Under the pieces are notes generated by a model, which was given only the letters and a program-made list of their open reading frames with translations, was not told the origin of the DNA and ran no database searches. 64,000 nucleotides of DNA, taken from the NCBI GenBank assembly GCA_002269645.1, contig NIVC01003061.1, positions 57,834-121,833 on the forward strand. Direction: 5' to 3'. Source of the stretch: Macrostomum lignano (Eukaryota). Shown in pieces: positions 37,429 through 49,600 of this stretch; positions within the stretch are counted from its first letter, which is position 1; every line of letters starts with the position of its first letter. The position numbers and the translations under genes are program-made.

Positions 37429-38832
37429 ATGAAGCTTTGTGACATTTCGGCGTATAGCTGTGAGAGTGTGCTGCCTAGGATCGAAGGCAAAGTGCATCTT
37501 CGAAATGAGGTTAGTAGCTTTAAATTCTTTGTAGAATCAAAATCTTGCTTATATATGTTATTAGATCAGCATGTACCTAGGGACTACTCAAACTCGGGAC
37601 GGGAAACAACAAAACTTGAAGGCCTATCTATTAATAACTTATTCCTCCAAAAGCATTACTTCGATATGTTCTACCTTGTAGTCAGTAAATTTGTCTGTGG
37701 TCAATCAAAACGTATCTTTCAAGTTCGTCGTTACCCGTCCCGAGTTCAAGTAGTCCCTGGATGTACCTTTTAATTAAGATAATTATTAAATGCACTACGC
37801 ATTCTACTGTTGCAGACTCGCACGTATCTAGACGGAGAAAAAATGCTGTTTTCAATACTCATCGTGGATAACACCGACGACGTGAGAACTACTTTCTTCG
37901 GCACCAAACAACAAATTGAAAATATATGGAGCACATGCGAACCGGGTAAAAGTGTTGCGATTCGAGGCGGAAAGGTTTCGGCAGGTGACACTGCCTTTAA
38001 CATTAGAAGCAGCGCGTTGGAAGTAAAGGTCCAATTGAGTGACAATGAGGCTGGTGTGGAAAACTGTGAGGCGGATATTTACGGCAATCCACGATTTGAG
38101 CGGTACCAAGCGATTGGGAACCTCACTGATGTTGGAAGCAAGGGGTAAGTTTCGGATTAATTACCAGCTCTCAAAATCAAAAATATGTCTCTACTTTATG
38201 TATTAAACGCCCCAACTTTCAATATCAGTCTTCAAATCTTTAGAATCGCCTAGCAATTTTAAGAATCACCGTTCAATGTTTAGAATCGCAATCGCCATTC
38301 ACTCTAAAATTGCCAGAGAATTTTTAGACTCGCTCTCAACTCTTTAGCTAGAGTCAGTGTTAACATGTCCAGTACATCCTTGTCTTCGCGGTATTCGTAC
38401 TTCAATTTTACACTGTTTTCTCCTTACCTCAGAGCCGTAGTCGACGTGATCGCCGTCATTCAAGCCATTGAGAAGCCCAAGAGCACAAAGACTAAGAGAG
38501 GAGAGGTGATTAAGTCAGCAGTTACGCTGACTGACAAGACAAACGTCAGCGTTAAAGCCACATTTTGGGGCCAAAGTGCTGCGCAAGTGACTGACTGGGC
38601 AATTGGCCAAGTGTTGGCGATAAAAGGAGCTAGAACATGTGGCTTTGGAGGACTTTCCCTCACTTGCAGCAGTTCGCTGTGTGTCTTAAATCCGGACTTT
38701 CTGGACCTGGCAAAAGGCCTTGAGGATTGGTTTAAGACGCAGGATGTAATCCCAACGCCTATTTCTTCTCTGATGGCTTCATCACCCCGTCGTGTTGCAT
38801 CGCAGGGCAGCAGGGGAAGAGAGAGAGGATGA
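37429..38832 (+). CDS. RPA70-like ssDNA-binding protein (two OB folds), Helitron-associated; exons 37429-37509, 37816-38144, 38433-38832
   Basis: RIEGKVHLRNE|TRTYLDGEKMLFSILIVDNTDDVRTTFF (DBD-A-like) and VVDVIAVI...VTLTDKTNVSVKATFWGQSA...VLAIKGARTCGFGGLSL...LNPD (DBD-B-like). Splice phases 0 and 2 are consistent. Confidence 0.8.
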
Positions 38833-39295
38833 ACTCGTAATTGAGTTGCCCTTGTGCGTAAAGCGTATTCGTCTTCGCCAAGGCAGTTGGGAGGTAATGT
38901 TAAAAACAACCTGCATTTCACTTGATATTTTCTGTTTCTGCCATAGTGTTTCCATCGAAATTTACATGAATCACAAATAGCTGGTGGCCCATCCAAGCCA
39001 TTCTTTCAATGATGACTTCCATCCACTAAAAATCATTTTCAGACAACAGTCACAATTGCTACTGCAAGTAGCTCACAGTAAGACATTTTCAATTGAGTAG
39101 ATTTCTTGGTTTAAACCAGACAATTCAAATTTTATTTAATAGTCATATGCAATTTCAGGCAAAGCATTTCTACTGTGGACTCGGAGACACTTGCTGCATC
39201 TTCTGACTTCCACTGATTCATAAAAACTAAGCACTGGACTGCTGTGCCTATTCATTTATCAAAATTGCAATAAAATTAAATATATTCAATGCAAT

Positions 39296-40132
39296 TGTCA
39301 CGTTATTGGCGTAGCGGCTATGGCTGTGATGACCCTTAAAAGGGCCGTTTTAGTCCCAAAATAAGTTGGTTGAAGTCAACTGAGGCGAAGTGGTTGGTGT
39401 AGCGGAGCACTTGGCAACAAGGGCAGGAAACTGCCGTAGTCGTTTTTATTGTTGAAATCAATATAAATAGTAAGTTTGGTTGTTACTGGCAAATAACAAA
39501 CTATGGCTTTCTGGGCACTGGCGGCTGCAACAATAGTTTCTTTTAAGATAAATTGGATGTGAGTTCAAGCGACAGACGAGTGATGCAATGGCGACGTACG
39601 TGATGATCAATGGCAATGAGTACAGTGAAGGCAGTGAGACGTAGTAGGCAGGCGGATGAGCAGTGGCGAAGTTGGCGTCAGTCGTGGCGTGAGGCAGTCA
39701 AGTAAGTGTGTGAGTAGGCCGGCCCAGACAGAGGGGCCGTGGCGAGAAATAAGGAGGCTCGAGGCAGCCAGACAAGAACGCAAAAAGGGACGGAAGAACA
39801 GATAAGAAAGAGACGTGAGGAGTGCCTGCCGCCAGGCGGGGGTTTAATAAAGGAGCGCAGAGGGGGTAGCGCGAAGCACGAGTGGTTTTCATTGGCTGGC
39901 GAGAGAACTTAAAATTATCGATCGTGTCAATTTTATACGGTCGCGAGAGAGGATAGCAAAATATACAGTGAATTAGAAATTGCCACAAAATCGTTGGGCA
40001 CTACTACAAGTAAACGTCGCAATAAACAAATGGAAAAGTTTAGTTGAAACGGTGAAACTGAAGGGTTGAAACTATGGAGAAACAGTAGTCCAACGGCCCT
40101 TTTCGGGACCACCTTAAACTGGCAACGTCACA
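39296..40132. mobile_element. Solo LTR (837 bp) with CAAT target-site duplication
   Basis: TGTCACG...CGTCACA termini flanked by CAAT on both sides (39292-39295 and 40133-40136). Same family as 32140-32947, opposite orientation. Confidence 0.88.
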
Positions 40133-40244
40133 CAATGATGAGACGTGCTAGAATGATGAGACATGATCTAGAATTTTGGAATTTTGGAAATAATTGTTTT
40201 TAGATTCCAACTTTGTTTTTAAATTTAAATTTGTGTGAAACACA

Positions 40245-40413
40245 GCCAGCCAACCAGACAGACAGACAGACAGACACACACTAAGAAACTAAGACACTAA
40301 GACACTAAGACAGACAGATAGACAGACAGACAGACAGACAGACACAGACAGACAGACAGACAGAGAGACAGACAGACAGAGAGACAGACAGACAGACAGC
40401 CAGACAGACAGAC
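40245..40413. repeat. (GACA)n microsatellite
   Basis: Direct tandem copies. Confidence 0.95.
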
Positions 40414-40671
40414 GATATGTGTAGGAGGAAGTTTTGGGAGCTGTCTTCTGATAGGTTAATTGCACTTTACTGAGTCAACTGCAATTAATAAAAACTGGAA
40501 AACAGGTCAACTGTTATTTCAGGTCAAGTGCGACCTCGAGTTCATTTTGACCAACTTCGATACTAATTTTTAAAGCCAGTGTTTAAAAATCTGAAATGGT
40601 CTGCCGATTACATTTTCCAAATTATTCGAAACGGTATGAACAAGTATGTTCTTGTGTATGAAACGACACGA

Positions 40672-41010
40672 GATGTTGCTATGGTGCACTAGATTGTTGC
40701 TATGGTGCACGATATTGTTGCTATGGTGCATTGGATTGTTGCTATGGAGCATGAGATTGTTGCTATTTTGTACAAGATTGTTGTTACAATATTACTGCTA
40801 TGGTGCGTGAGATTGTTGCTATGGTGCACGAGATTGTTGCTATGGAGCATGAGATTGTTGCTATGGTGCATGAGATTGTTGTTATGGAGCATGAGATTGT
40901 TGCTATTTTGTACAAGATTGTTGCTACTATTACTGCTATGGTGCATGAGATTGTTGCTATGGTGCACGAGATTGTTGCTATGGAGCATGAGATTGTTGTT
41001 ATGGAGCATG
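40672..41010. repeat. 21-bp minisatellite TGCACGAGATTGTTGCTATGG
   Basis: Degenerate tandem copies between the RPA and RepHel genes. Confidence 0.9.
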
Positions 41011-41847
41011 GTGTACTACTATTTGAGACATATCGATATTGCATCTTACTGTAGTGATTAGTTTGGAACTGGCCACGCGTAAATGGGGTGGTGTCCAAGA
41101 TCTATAGCTATTTAAAGTATATAGCTTTGATTCGCTTGTTAACCTCTCTTATGCGTGCAATCTTATCTGAAATGCCTATCAGATTGGAGGGCGATGGAGG
41201 AGGGTGTAGTGTACGTTGCTCTGCACTGCCTCAGTACTTTCTCTCTTGCCTTAGTCTAAAGAATGATGTGCTATGTTCAAAGGTAAGAAAAATAATATAT
41301 TGTGTACATTCAGATTCAGCCTTCCTGCTGCTACTCTGATTGGCATCATTGAAAATGGCTAACAAACAAAGTAGATGTGCGCATCAGATTAATGCCCTTT
41401 AAAAAGGGTCTCAACTGTTCAGTTTCAATTTTTACTAACAGCAACCACCTAATTATTATCTTTCTGCAGTAACATTCTCTGCTAGATTTTTCTAAGATAA
41501 GTGAACTTTCTTACTCATAGCGATTTTCCAGTACTCTGTGTATTACATTGTTTTGTATTCTCTAGCAATTTAAATACCTGGTATAAACATTAATTGCATA
41601 TCTACTACCCCAGTACTGCTACTTATATTTAATTTCTCACTTTCTCTACTCATCGTTATAATCATTTGGCTTAATTCTTTTGCATCGAGAATGGCAAAGC
41701 GTGGTGCGAAAAGCGCATTGTCGAAAAGCCGCGAGGCGAAGAGACGCCGTCGAGAAGAATCCGCTGATGCTAGAGAGCAGCGACTGAAAGCGCAAAGGCT
41801 AAACAAGCGCCAAGGCGAACACAAACGGCGTTCCGGTGAGTCGGCAT

Positions 41848-42308
41848 CAGATCGCGAAGCTCGGCTGATGGCAGACAAAGAGCGCACGGATCGCCGCAGA
41901 TCAATGGAGACCGAGTCAGATCGCGAAGCTCGGCTGATGGCAGACAAAGAGCGCACGGATCGCCGCAGATCAATGGAGACCGAGTCAGATCGCGAAGCTC
42001 GGCTGATGGCAGACAAAGAGCGCACGGATCGCCGCAGATCAATGGAGACCGAGTCAGATCGCGAAGCTCGGCTGATGGCAGACAAAGAGCGCACGGATCG
42101 CCGCAGATCAATGGAGACCGAGTCAGATCGCGAAGCTCGGCTGATGGCAGACAAAGAGCGCACGGATCGCCGCAGATCAATGGAGACCGAGTCAGATCGC
42201 GAAGCTCGGCTGATGGCAGACAAAGAGCGCACGGATCGCCGCAGATCAATGGAGACCGAGTCAGATCGCGAAGCTCGGCTGATGGCAGACAAAGAGCGCA
42301 CGGATCGG
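41848..42308 (+). repeat. Coding 69-bp tandem repeat (23 aa SDREARLMADKERTDRRRSMETE), ~6.7 copies
   Basis: Essentially identical copies in RepHel exon 1. Confidence 0.97.
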
Positions 42309-42599
42309 TGGAGAGCTGAGGGTCAGGTTCGCAGCGGGAAGATCGGCTGCGTTTTCATCGACAGCATTATCGGAGGTCTCTCGAACCGCAGCAAAGTGTC
42401 AGGTAAGGCTGTCCTCTCTTCCCCTCTCCTGTCTTCTGCGCTCTCCTCTAATACTCTTGATTACATGTACTAATCACGAGCTGTCTGGATAATTATAAGC
42501 TTTAAGTATTGTGGCAGCTAATCTGATGGTTCCTTCTGCTAATATTATTTATTATCTTGGCCCTATTGTCTCCCAAACTTACAGCCACTTGGATCTACC

Positions 42600-43030
42600 T
42601 AGCAATGTGCCAGTTAGTGCAACACAAGTCACCAGAGTGAGCGGAGATGGCAATTGCTACTTCCATTCTGTGTCTGACCAGCTCATTGGCACACCACTAT
42701 ATGGACCATCAGCAACTTCGGCGTTTCATTGCTACTGATGCCAGACCACTGCTTGAAGCTCAGCATGCTACATTTGCAGCTCTTGGTCTAACAGTGGATA
42801 GAGTGATTGCTGAGACCCAACAGGATGGAGTTGATGTGCATGAGCATATTGCACCCATGCTGAATCAAATTCTTGATGTTGATTACGCCATCTACGAGTA
42901 TCAGTATGCCGACCATGGCAGAAGGCAGCTCCAGCTGGTGCAGCAGGCTCCAGCTGCAAGAAGGCCTGCAGTTGCCTCCGTGCAGCTTCTCTATGACCGC
43001 CATGGTGAGCATTACGACTCTCTGCGTTTT
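42600..43030 (+). pseudogene. OTU cysteine protease (deubiquitinase-like) domain in the RepHel N-terminus
   Basis: VSGDGNCYFHSVSDQL (catalytic Cys at 42655), a frameshift near 42690, then LLYDRHGEHYDSL (catalytic His at 43010). Confidence 0.85.
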
Positions 43031-44441
43031 GCGACTCCAGTCTCCGAGGACAGTTCTGCCTCTGCTCTGCCTGAGTTTCTCAAGTCTAGGTGAGTTAAGT
43101 TTTTTAACAGAAATATAGCTACTTTTTGCTTCCCAGGCTTTCTAAAAATTTTTATCCGAATAAATTGTAGTAGAAAATACCAAATTTTTTGAAGCCAATA
43201 TAATATTTTCCTTATTTACACCAATAAAGATGCCGTCGTAATGATATTGCTAATTTTTAGTACAAAAATTGAAAATTATTCCCATCCATTGAAATTTGCA
43301 GTACGAACCACTGTCAGCCCGCTGTCAGTGTTGCGTCTGATGTGCACGAATTATCAGATGAGGATGCTGGGTGAGTTGTATTGAAGCACTATATAATTTT
43401 TGTTTCCATTATCGCGCATATGCCATGCTATGTGTACTACTTTTAAAGTATTTCTTTGCGCTTGGAATTTTCATACATTTAAAAGCATTGACATTCGTCT
43501 TTTGTCTTTTGAATTTAAAATTAAGAAAATTGAACTTGAATTTAAGTCTCTCTTTGCAATCTGAATTATGTGCATCTCTTTTTCCCCTCTACAGAGCCGA
43601 TCCCGCACCCAGGCCTGAGCCACAAGTCCATCAGCTGGGCTGCATGAGCAAACGCTGCCAGAACTGCAATGCCTTGTACTGGACAGGAGAGCCAGCAGGA
43701 ATCTGCTGTGCAGCGGGCAGGGTGAAGCTGCCTGCCAAGACTGTGCCGCCAATCCTGCAGGACCTGTTCGTTGGGCGCCACCCGCTGAGCGCTAATTTCT
43801 TGACTAACATCCGAAGCTACAATGCGGTGCTGCACCTTACCTCACTGAAGGTTACCCTGCGACCCATGCGAGGTTACTGCCCCAGCTACATCATCAATGG
43901 TGATCTGGTGCACAGCATCCCGCCTCTGTATGCCGGGGCTTCAACTATACCTCAACTATACCTCATGGCTATCAGGCATACTTCACGGACCGTGAACTGG
44001 AGAGCCGACTGACTCTCAGCAGAAATGTCGATCTGGAGCTGCTCAAGCTGCTGCAGGCTGTGTTGCACGACTGCAACGAATATGTCCGGAGCCTGAAGGC
44101 TGCAGCCCAACGAATCGATGAAGCGCCGGAGCTGAGACACGCTCGAATCGTCATTTACCCGAACCGTCGGCCTACTGGAGAGCATATCCGGTGAGTCGCT
44201 ATTGGGCTTGAGTTATTGTAAGAAATTTTAGTACTCTGTACTATTTTTAAGTCATGCTACGTTTCTTGATTCCTCCTTGTTGTGTACTTTAACCTGATTG
44301 GTTAAAGTAATTCAACTGCTACTAAATTTTTGTTTAAATACTGTAGAATACGGACTTTATGAGGCTGGATTTTCTCAAAAGCAAATAGTTGGTCAAGTTG
44401 ACTTATGCATTTGTCGTGTATGTTCAAAGCCAATTTGAAAG

Positions 44442-46661
44442 TGATGTAACCGCCCTTGTCGCCTGTCCGCTCCTTTGAGAGACGAACGCATGACTAGAGG
44501 GGGCAATGACCGTAGGCTTCCTATGACCGGGCAATGACCTGACGGACCTCCAGCACCAGACTGTCCCGCCCACATGATTGATAGCTTTGGTAGCGCTTCG
44601 TGACCAGAGGGCCAAGGACCCACATGGACCCCACCTGTAGCCAAGGTGCAATAGTTGGTCACTCGGTCATAGTATGACCGAGTGGCTACCACCACTCTAT
44701 GTGACCTGGCGCACCTGGATCTTTCTACCAGACCTCTCGAGGCTAGAGCCCCGCCTGGGATGGTTACCAGGAGATTTAGGTTAACAGGGGAGAAACATGC
44801 AGCCGAGTACAGGGACTCTGCTTGGGGCATGATCGGGAACTCTGGGCTCAATCTGGAGGATTTCTCAGCAGGGGATCCTTTGTGGCTGTGAGCGAGGCTG
44901 ACTTGCGACTTTGATTACTAAGAGTAGTATGAGGCGAACATGTACTGTCTATAGTTTAGATTGCTCAGGGCGAAGGGACGCGTCAGCATGGGGTTGCAAC
45001 CTTCCTACTGCCATTCTGCGCCAAGACTCGCTAATCCCTCTACTGCACGCACCCACGGCCCCGCAGCACGCACTCACAGGCGAGCTTTGCACGGGGAGAG
45101 GCCATTAGCTTACCCAAACTTCCTTATGCTTCGCCACCCCGGGGGAAAGGCTTAGCAAGCCATGAGTGAAATGATGGTGAAAGAGTGAATAATGATGAGG
45201 TTAGTTAATAGTTAATAATTAGGCCCTTAGGCAAATAGTCAGGCACTTAGGCGGCTTCACTATTGAGTAAAATACAGCAAAAGTTACGGTATCACAATTG
45301 GCTCAGCTCTCTAATTAAGCAATGGCAAATAGGCAAACCCCGGATAAGCAAGGCGAATAGAGCACAAATTAGTAATAGGAACTTACCGGCAGCTGCACAG
45401 AGAGAGAGAGAGAGGCGGAGTGACCGAGGGCGGCTGTAGGCTGCAGTCAGGCAGACGGTGAAGCGGCGATGCGCTGAAGCGACTAGGCGCTGGTGTAGAT
45501 CAGGCGATGCTGATGATGCTGGGCGGTAACAGACCGCTGGCCGATAGGCGAGCTCACTTGGGGAGCTAAGGATAACTTGGCGGTAACAGACCGCGGACCG
45601 GCAGGGGTTCGTCTTATAGACGGGAAAGTCAGATCAGTGTCTGACCGCAAGTCCAAAGAAGGACGAGGAGACGAACAGTCCCAAACAATCTGAGGATTCT
45701 CATGCCGAAATCGCTTCCTTTTATAGCCTTCACAGCCGCCTCTCCCAGGTCGTTACCATGACTCCCTCTCTCTGATTGGCTGCCGGCAGAATGACGTCAG
45801 AATGAGTCATAATGAGAAACATGAGACCGGCATAGCAACATGAGAAATGGGAGAATTGCGCAATCCGGAGGTGGGGTGGGGGAATAATTGGCGCAGCGGG
45901 TGGTCGCGAAAGTGTTGCGCAAGCAAACATTTAGAACAATGGGCTGGGGTCGAGAACAAAGGAATCGGAAATCGGGAATAATTGGGGAGAATCGAGAACA
46001 ATAGAAAAGAAAAATAGTGGGGAAAAGGTGATAATTAGGTGCGAAAACGAGAACAATAGAAAGAGAAAATCGGAGAAAATGGGATAATTGGTGGGGGTAA
46101 AGAAAACAAAAGAATCAAAAACGAGAACAATAGAAGCGGAGGTGAGGTGGGTGTCGCATGAGAAATTTGGGGAGGAGAACAATAGCATGAGAAAAGGTTG
46201 CGCAAGAGAGGGGGATGAGTCATCGATAAGTCATCGAGGGGAAGAAGGGGTCACACGACTTGCGTCACCGTTTGGGAGTTTGGGAAGGGATGGGAGGTCG
46301 GTGAGCACACAACATACTGTAAGTAGACGTAGAGAAAGAGGGGACAGCGCAAGAAAAGAGTGCAGAGAGAGACAAAAAGAGGGGGATAGGGAAAGTACAA
46401 GAAGAGTAGGGTGGAGCGCAGGGGAGATAAGGTAGAGGGGAGGGTACAGAGAGGGACAGGGAGCTCCGGAAAGGCAAGTGTGGCGGTAGGGGAGACGGAG
46501 CCGAGGCAGCAGGGGGGTGCAGCAGAGCGGGAGTCTCCAGGCCTGGTCGGAGACCTGGCCGAGTCTCGACAGCTCTATGCAGGGGGGGGGATGCACGGGA
46601 TAGGAGGCACTTTCGAAAAAGTTCCCATGCCCTATCCCGCGACCAGAGCGTGGTTACATCA
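44442..46661. mobile_element. 2.2-kb LTR-type insertion (long solo LTR or non-coding derivative) in Helitron intron 4
   Basis: Perfect 10-bp terminal inverted repeats TGATGTAACC...GGTTACATCA flanked by AAAG on both sides (44438-44441 and 46662-46665). No coding motifs recognised inside. Confidence 0.8.
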
Positions 46662-49600
46662 AAAGCGTGGGTATTTTTAGCAGCTTTTGCATCGGTGGTG
46701 AAGAATCAATGTTATTTGCGATAAAACTTCTTTTCTTAACGCACAGGCGCTACAATCTGCCTGAAGCTAATGAGGTCGGCATCATTCGCGCGACCTCGCG
46801 CGATGTTTTGATTGAGCTTCGCCATCCAGAAGACGGAAACCACAGGCGTTACCATTCAGTCTCAGTGACCCATCGGGCCTACGACGCACTGCAGTACTTG
46901 CTGCTTTTGCCGTACGGACAAGACGGCTAGCATCCGGAACTGCGAATGACCAATGGCGGAAGGCTGACGCCCAGAAAGTATTACGCTGGCGAAGTTATGG
47001 TGCGGCCGGACCGGTTCAATCCGCTTCTGTATGGTCGGCGCCTGTTTCAGCAGTATCTCGTGGATATGTGCGCCAAAATTGAGGCAGAGAGATTAACGTA
47101 CCTGCGCACGCACTAAGACGACCTTCGCAGCGAAACGTACAGCGGCCTGCGAGACGCGCTGTTTGCTGAGGACGGATTGCGAAAGGATTCCAACCCCAAT
47201 GAGGTCGGAAAGCCAGTCATTTTGTCGTCAAGCTTTGTTGGCGGGCCTCGCTATATGATGGAGCGACTGCAGGATGCAATGGCCTACGTGCATAAGTTTG
47301 GCAAGCCAGACTTGTTCGTAACAGCCACCTGCAACCCGAAGTGGCAGGAGATTACCGACGAGCTGCTGCCCGGACAGAAGCCAGAGGACAGGCCTGACAT
47401 TGTCACTAGGGTGCTTGAGCTGAAAAAGAAGGCTCTGATGGCCCAGCTCAAGACATGCTTTGGAAAGGTGGCTGCACACGTCTGCGCTCTGGAGTGCCAG
47501 AAGCGCGGTGAGTCAGTTTACAGTACGCGTATATTGCAATAGAAGGATATGAAATTTTCGTTACATTTTTGCAAGTTTTGAGAAATTTGTTCATGCTGTG
47601 CTTTCTTAGCTTTAGGATGAAGTGCTTTTTTCTGAAAGGAATGCTCATGAGTATTTCAAATTATTCCCCAGAGAGATGTATTGTACATAAAACAGACTCA
47701 CACTAGCAACTTGTACCTGACACAGCATTGTATGATTCATTTGTGCAACTCAGGTCTGCCGCATGTGCATGTACTGCTCTGGATGGTCAGCCGGGATAGA
47801 GTGACTCCTGACCGATACGACGAGATTGTTTCGGCGGAGATTCCGGATCCCCATACACAACCGGAACTGCATGAACTTGTCAAAACCCATTTGATTCACG
47901 AGCCATGTGTTAAGGTGAATCCCAATTGTCCCTGCATGGAAAATGGCAAGTGTAGCAAGGAATTTCCAAAGGATTTCCTGCCGGCTACAATGTTCACTGA
48001 CGCTGGCTACCCGCGGTACAGAAGGCGTTCCCCAGAAATGGGCGGATTCGAGGTAGACAAGCCGTTCAGAGGCGCAAGCGTCCGCATGGACAATCGGTAT
48101 GTGCTCTGTGCAACACATGAAACTCCTTCCTTAGATTGCACCTGGCATTGATGCTCACTCTTTGACAATTTATATCCCACCAGTTCAACGCTCACTCTGT
48201 GGAATTCGGTTGATTTTATCTTCTATTTTCTGAATTGTCATTGTGCTTTGCATTCTATTATTTACTATTAACTGTATAATCGTATTTATTGCATTTCGTG
48301 TTAAAAATACTTATTGTTCGTATTAATAATTTATTATTATGAAATTCATTCACAACTGAAATTCATTAATTGAGTTTTCAAAGACATTCACATTTACAAT
48401 GAACAATGCCGTGATCATTGACTCAACACAATTTTTCTTTTTTTGATTCAATTTAGGTCTGTCGTGCCTTATAACCCGAGTTTGCTGCTGGAGTTTGCAT
48501 GTCACAATAATGTGGAGATCAGTGCCACAGTCAAGTCCGTCAAGTACATAATTAAGTATTTGCTGAAGAATGGCGACATGGCGACTTTCCGAGTGACACG
48601 GGCCAACAATTCGCCACAGCCAGAGCAGGCGGGAAACGCGGAGACGCCGCAGCCGGCTGATCAGCAGCAGAATCAGCCTGTACCAGTTCGAGACGAAATC
48701 TCAGAGTACCTGTCCGCTCGATACATAGGACCAATGGAAGCTGTTAATATCATTCTGGGATTTGAAGTAAGTCTACAAAGTTTACTTGTATACTCGTAGA
48801 TTTTTATTTTCACTTTCTCCCGCTGACTGCTCTTGCATAAGGCTGTTGAGTCTCGATTTTCAATCTGCTGCATATTTTAGAACACCCGGAATGCTGACCA
48901 AGTCAGGAAAAAAAGTAATGCACGTACGATCGTAGCCTGAGAACTTATCAACTGTAGCACCTAATCCTTCATGAATATAATTTTCTATCATAGTTACCTG
49001 ACAACAGTACAGTAATTTCTGTTAATAGCATGTTTGGTGCAGTGCCTGATTTGTGTATTGTTTGCCTTAACTGCATCCAAGCAGCGAAGTTTTCTAACTG
49101 CAGTGAGCTACAGTTTTTGGAATTCCAACATTCCACCAGGTGCACAACAGGTTCCCAGCGGTTATTCGTCTCTGCGTTCACGAGCGAAATAAGCAGCTGG
49201 TGTATTTCAACGAAGCCACCGCGAGCGTCAGGGCAAGGGCGCCGAGAGATTCGACGCTAACGGCTTTTTTAACCTGTGCCGAACTGACGAGTTTGCTCGG
49301 ACTCTAATACACGGAAATACCGTCCTACTTCATCTGCACCAGAGCGCCAGAGAGTGGCGTCGGGCCAAGCGGGGCCAGCAAGTCGAAGGACATCCAGGTG
49401 TGTAGCGCAACACCAACATTTCACGGATGTATACGGTGTCTCCAAGGGCAGGAGAGCTGTTCTTCGTCCGCCTCCTTCTGCTGCATGTGCGGGGACCGAC
49501 CAGCTATGAGGCACTGCGGACTGTCGATGGCGTGCTGCACAACCATGCGAGAGATGCTTGCATGGCTCTCGGCTTGATGCAGCGAGACGACCACTGGCAC

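Noticed and set aside
32140-40132. Giant TIR transposon formed by the ~810-bp inverted repeat pair
   Set aside because: Each arm has its own TG...CA ends and a different 4-bp TSD, so they are independent solo LTRs.
40570-41098. His/Asn-rich or Ile/Cys-rich ORFs
   Set aside because: They are translations of the 21-bp minisatellite.
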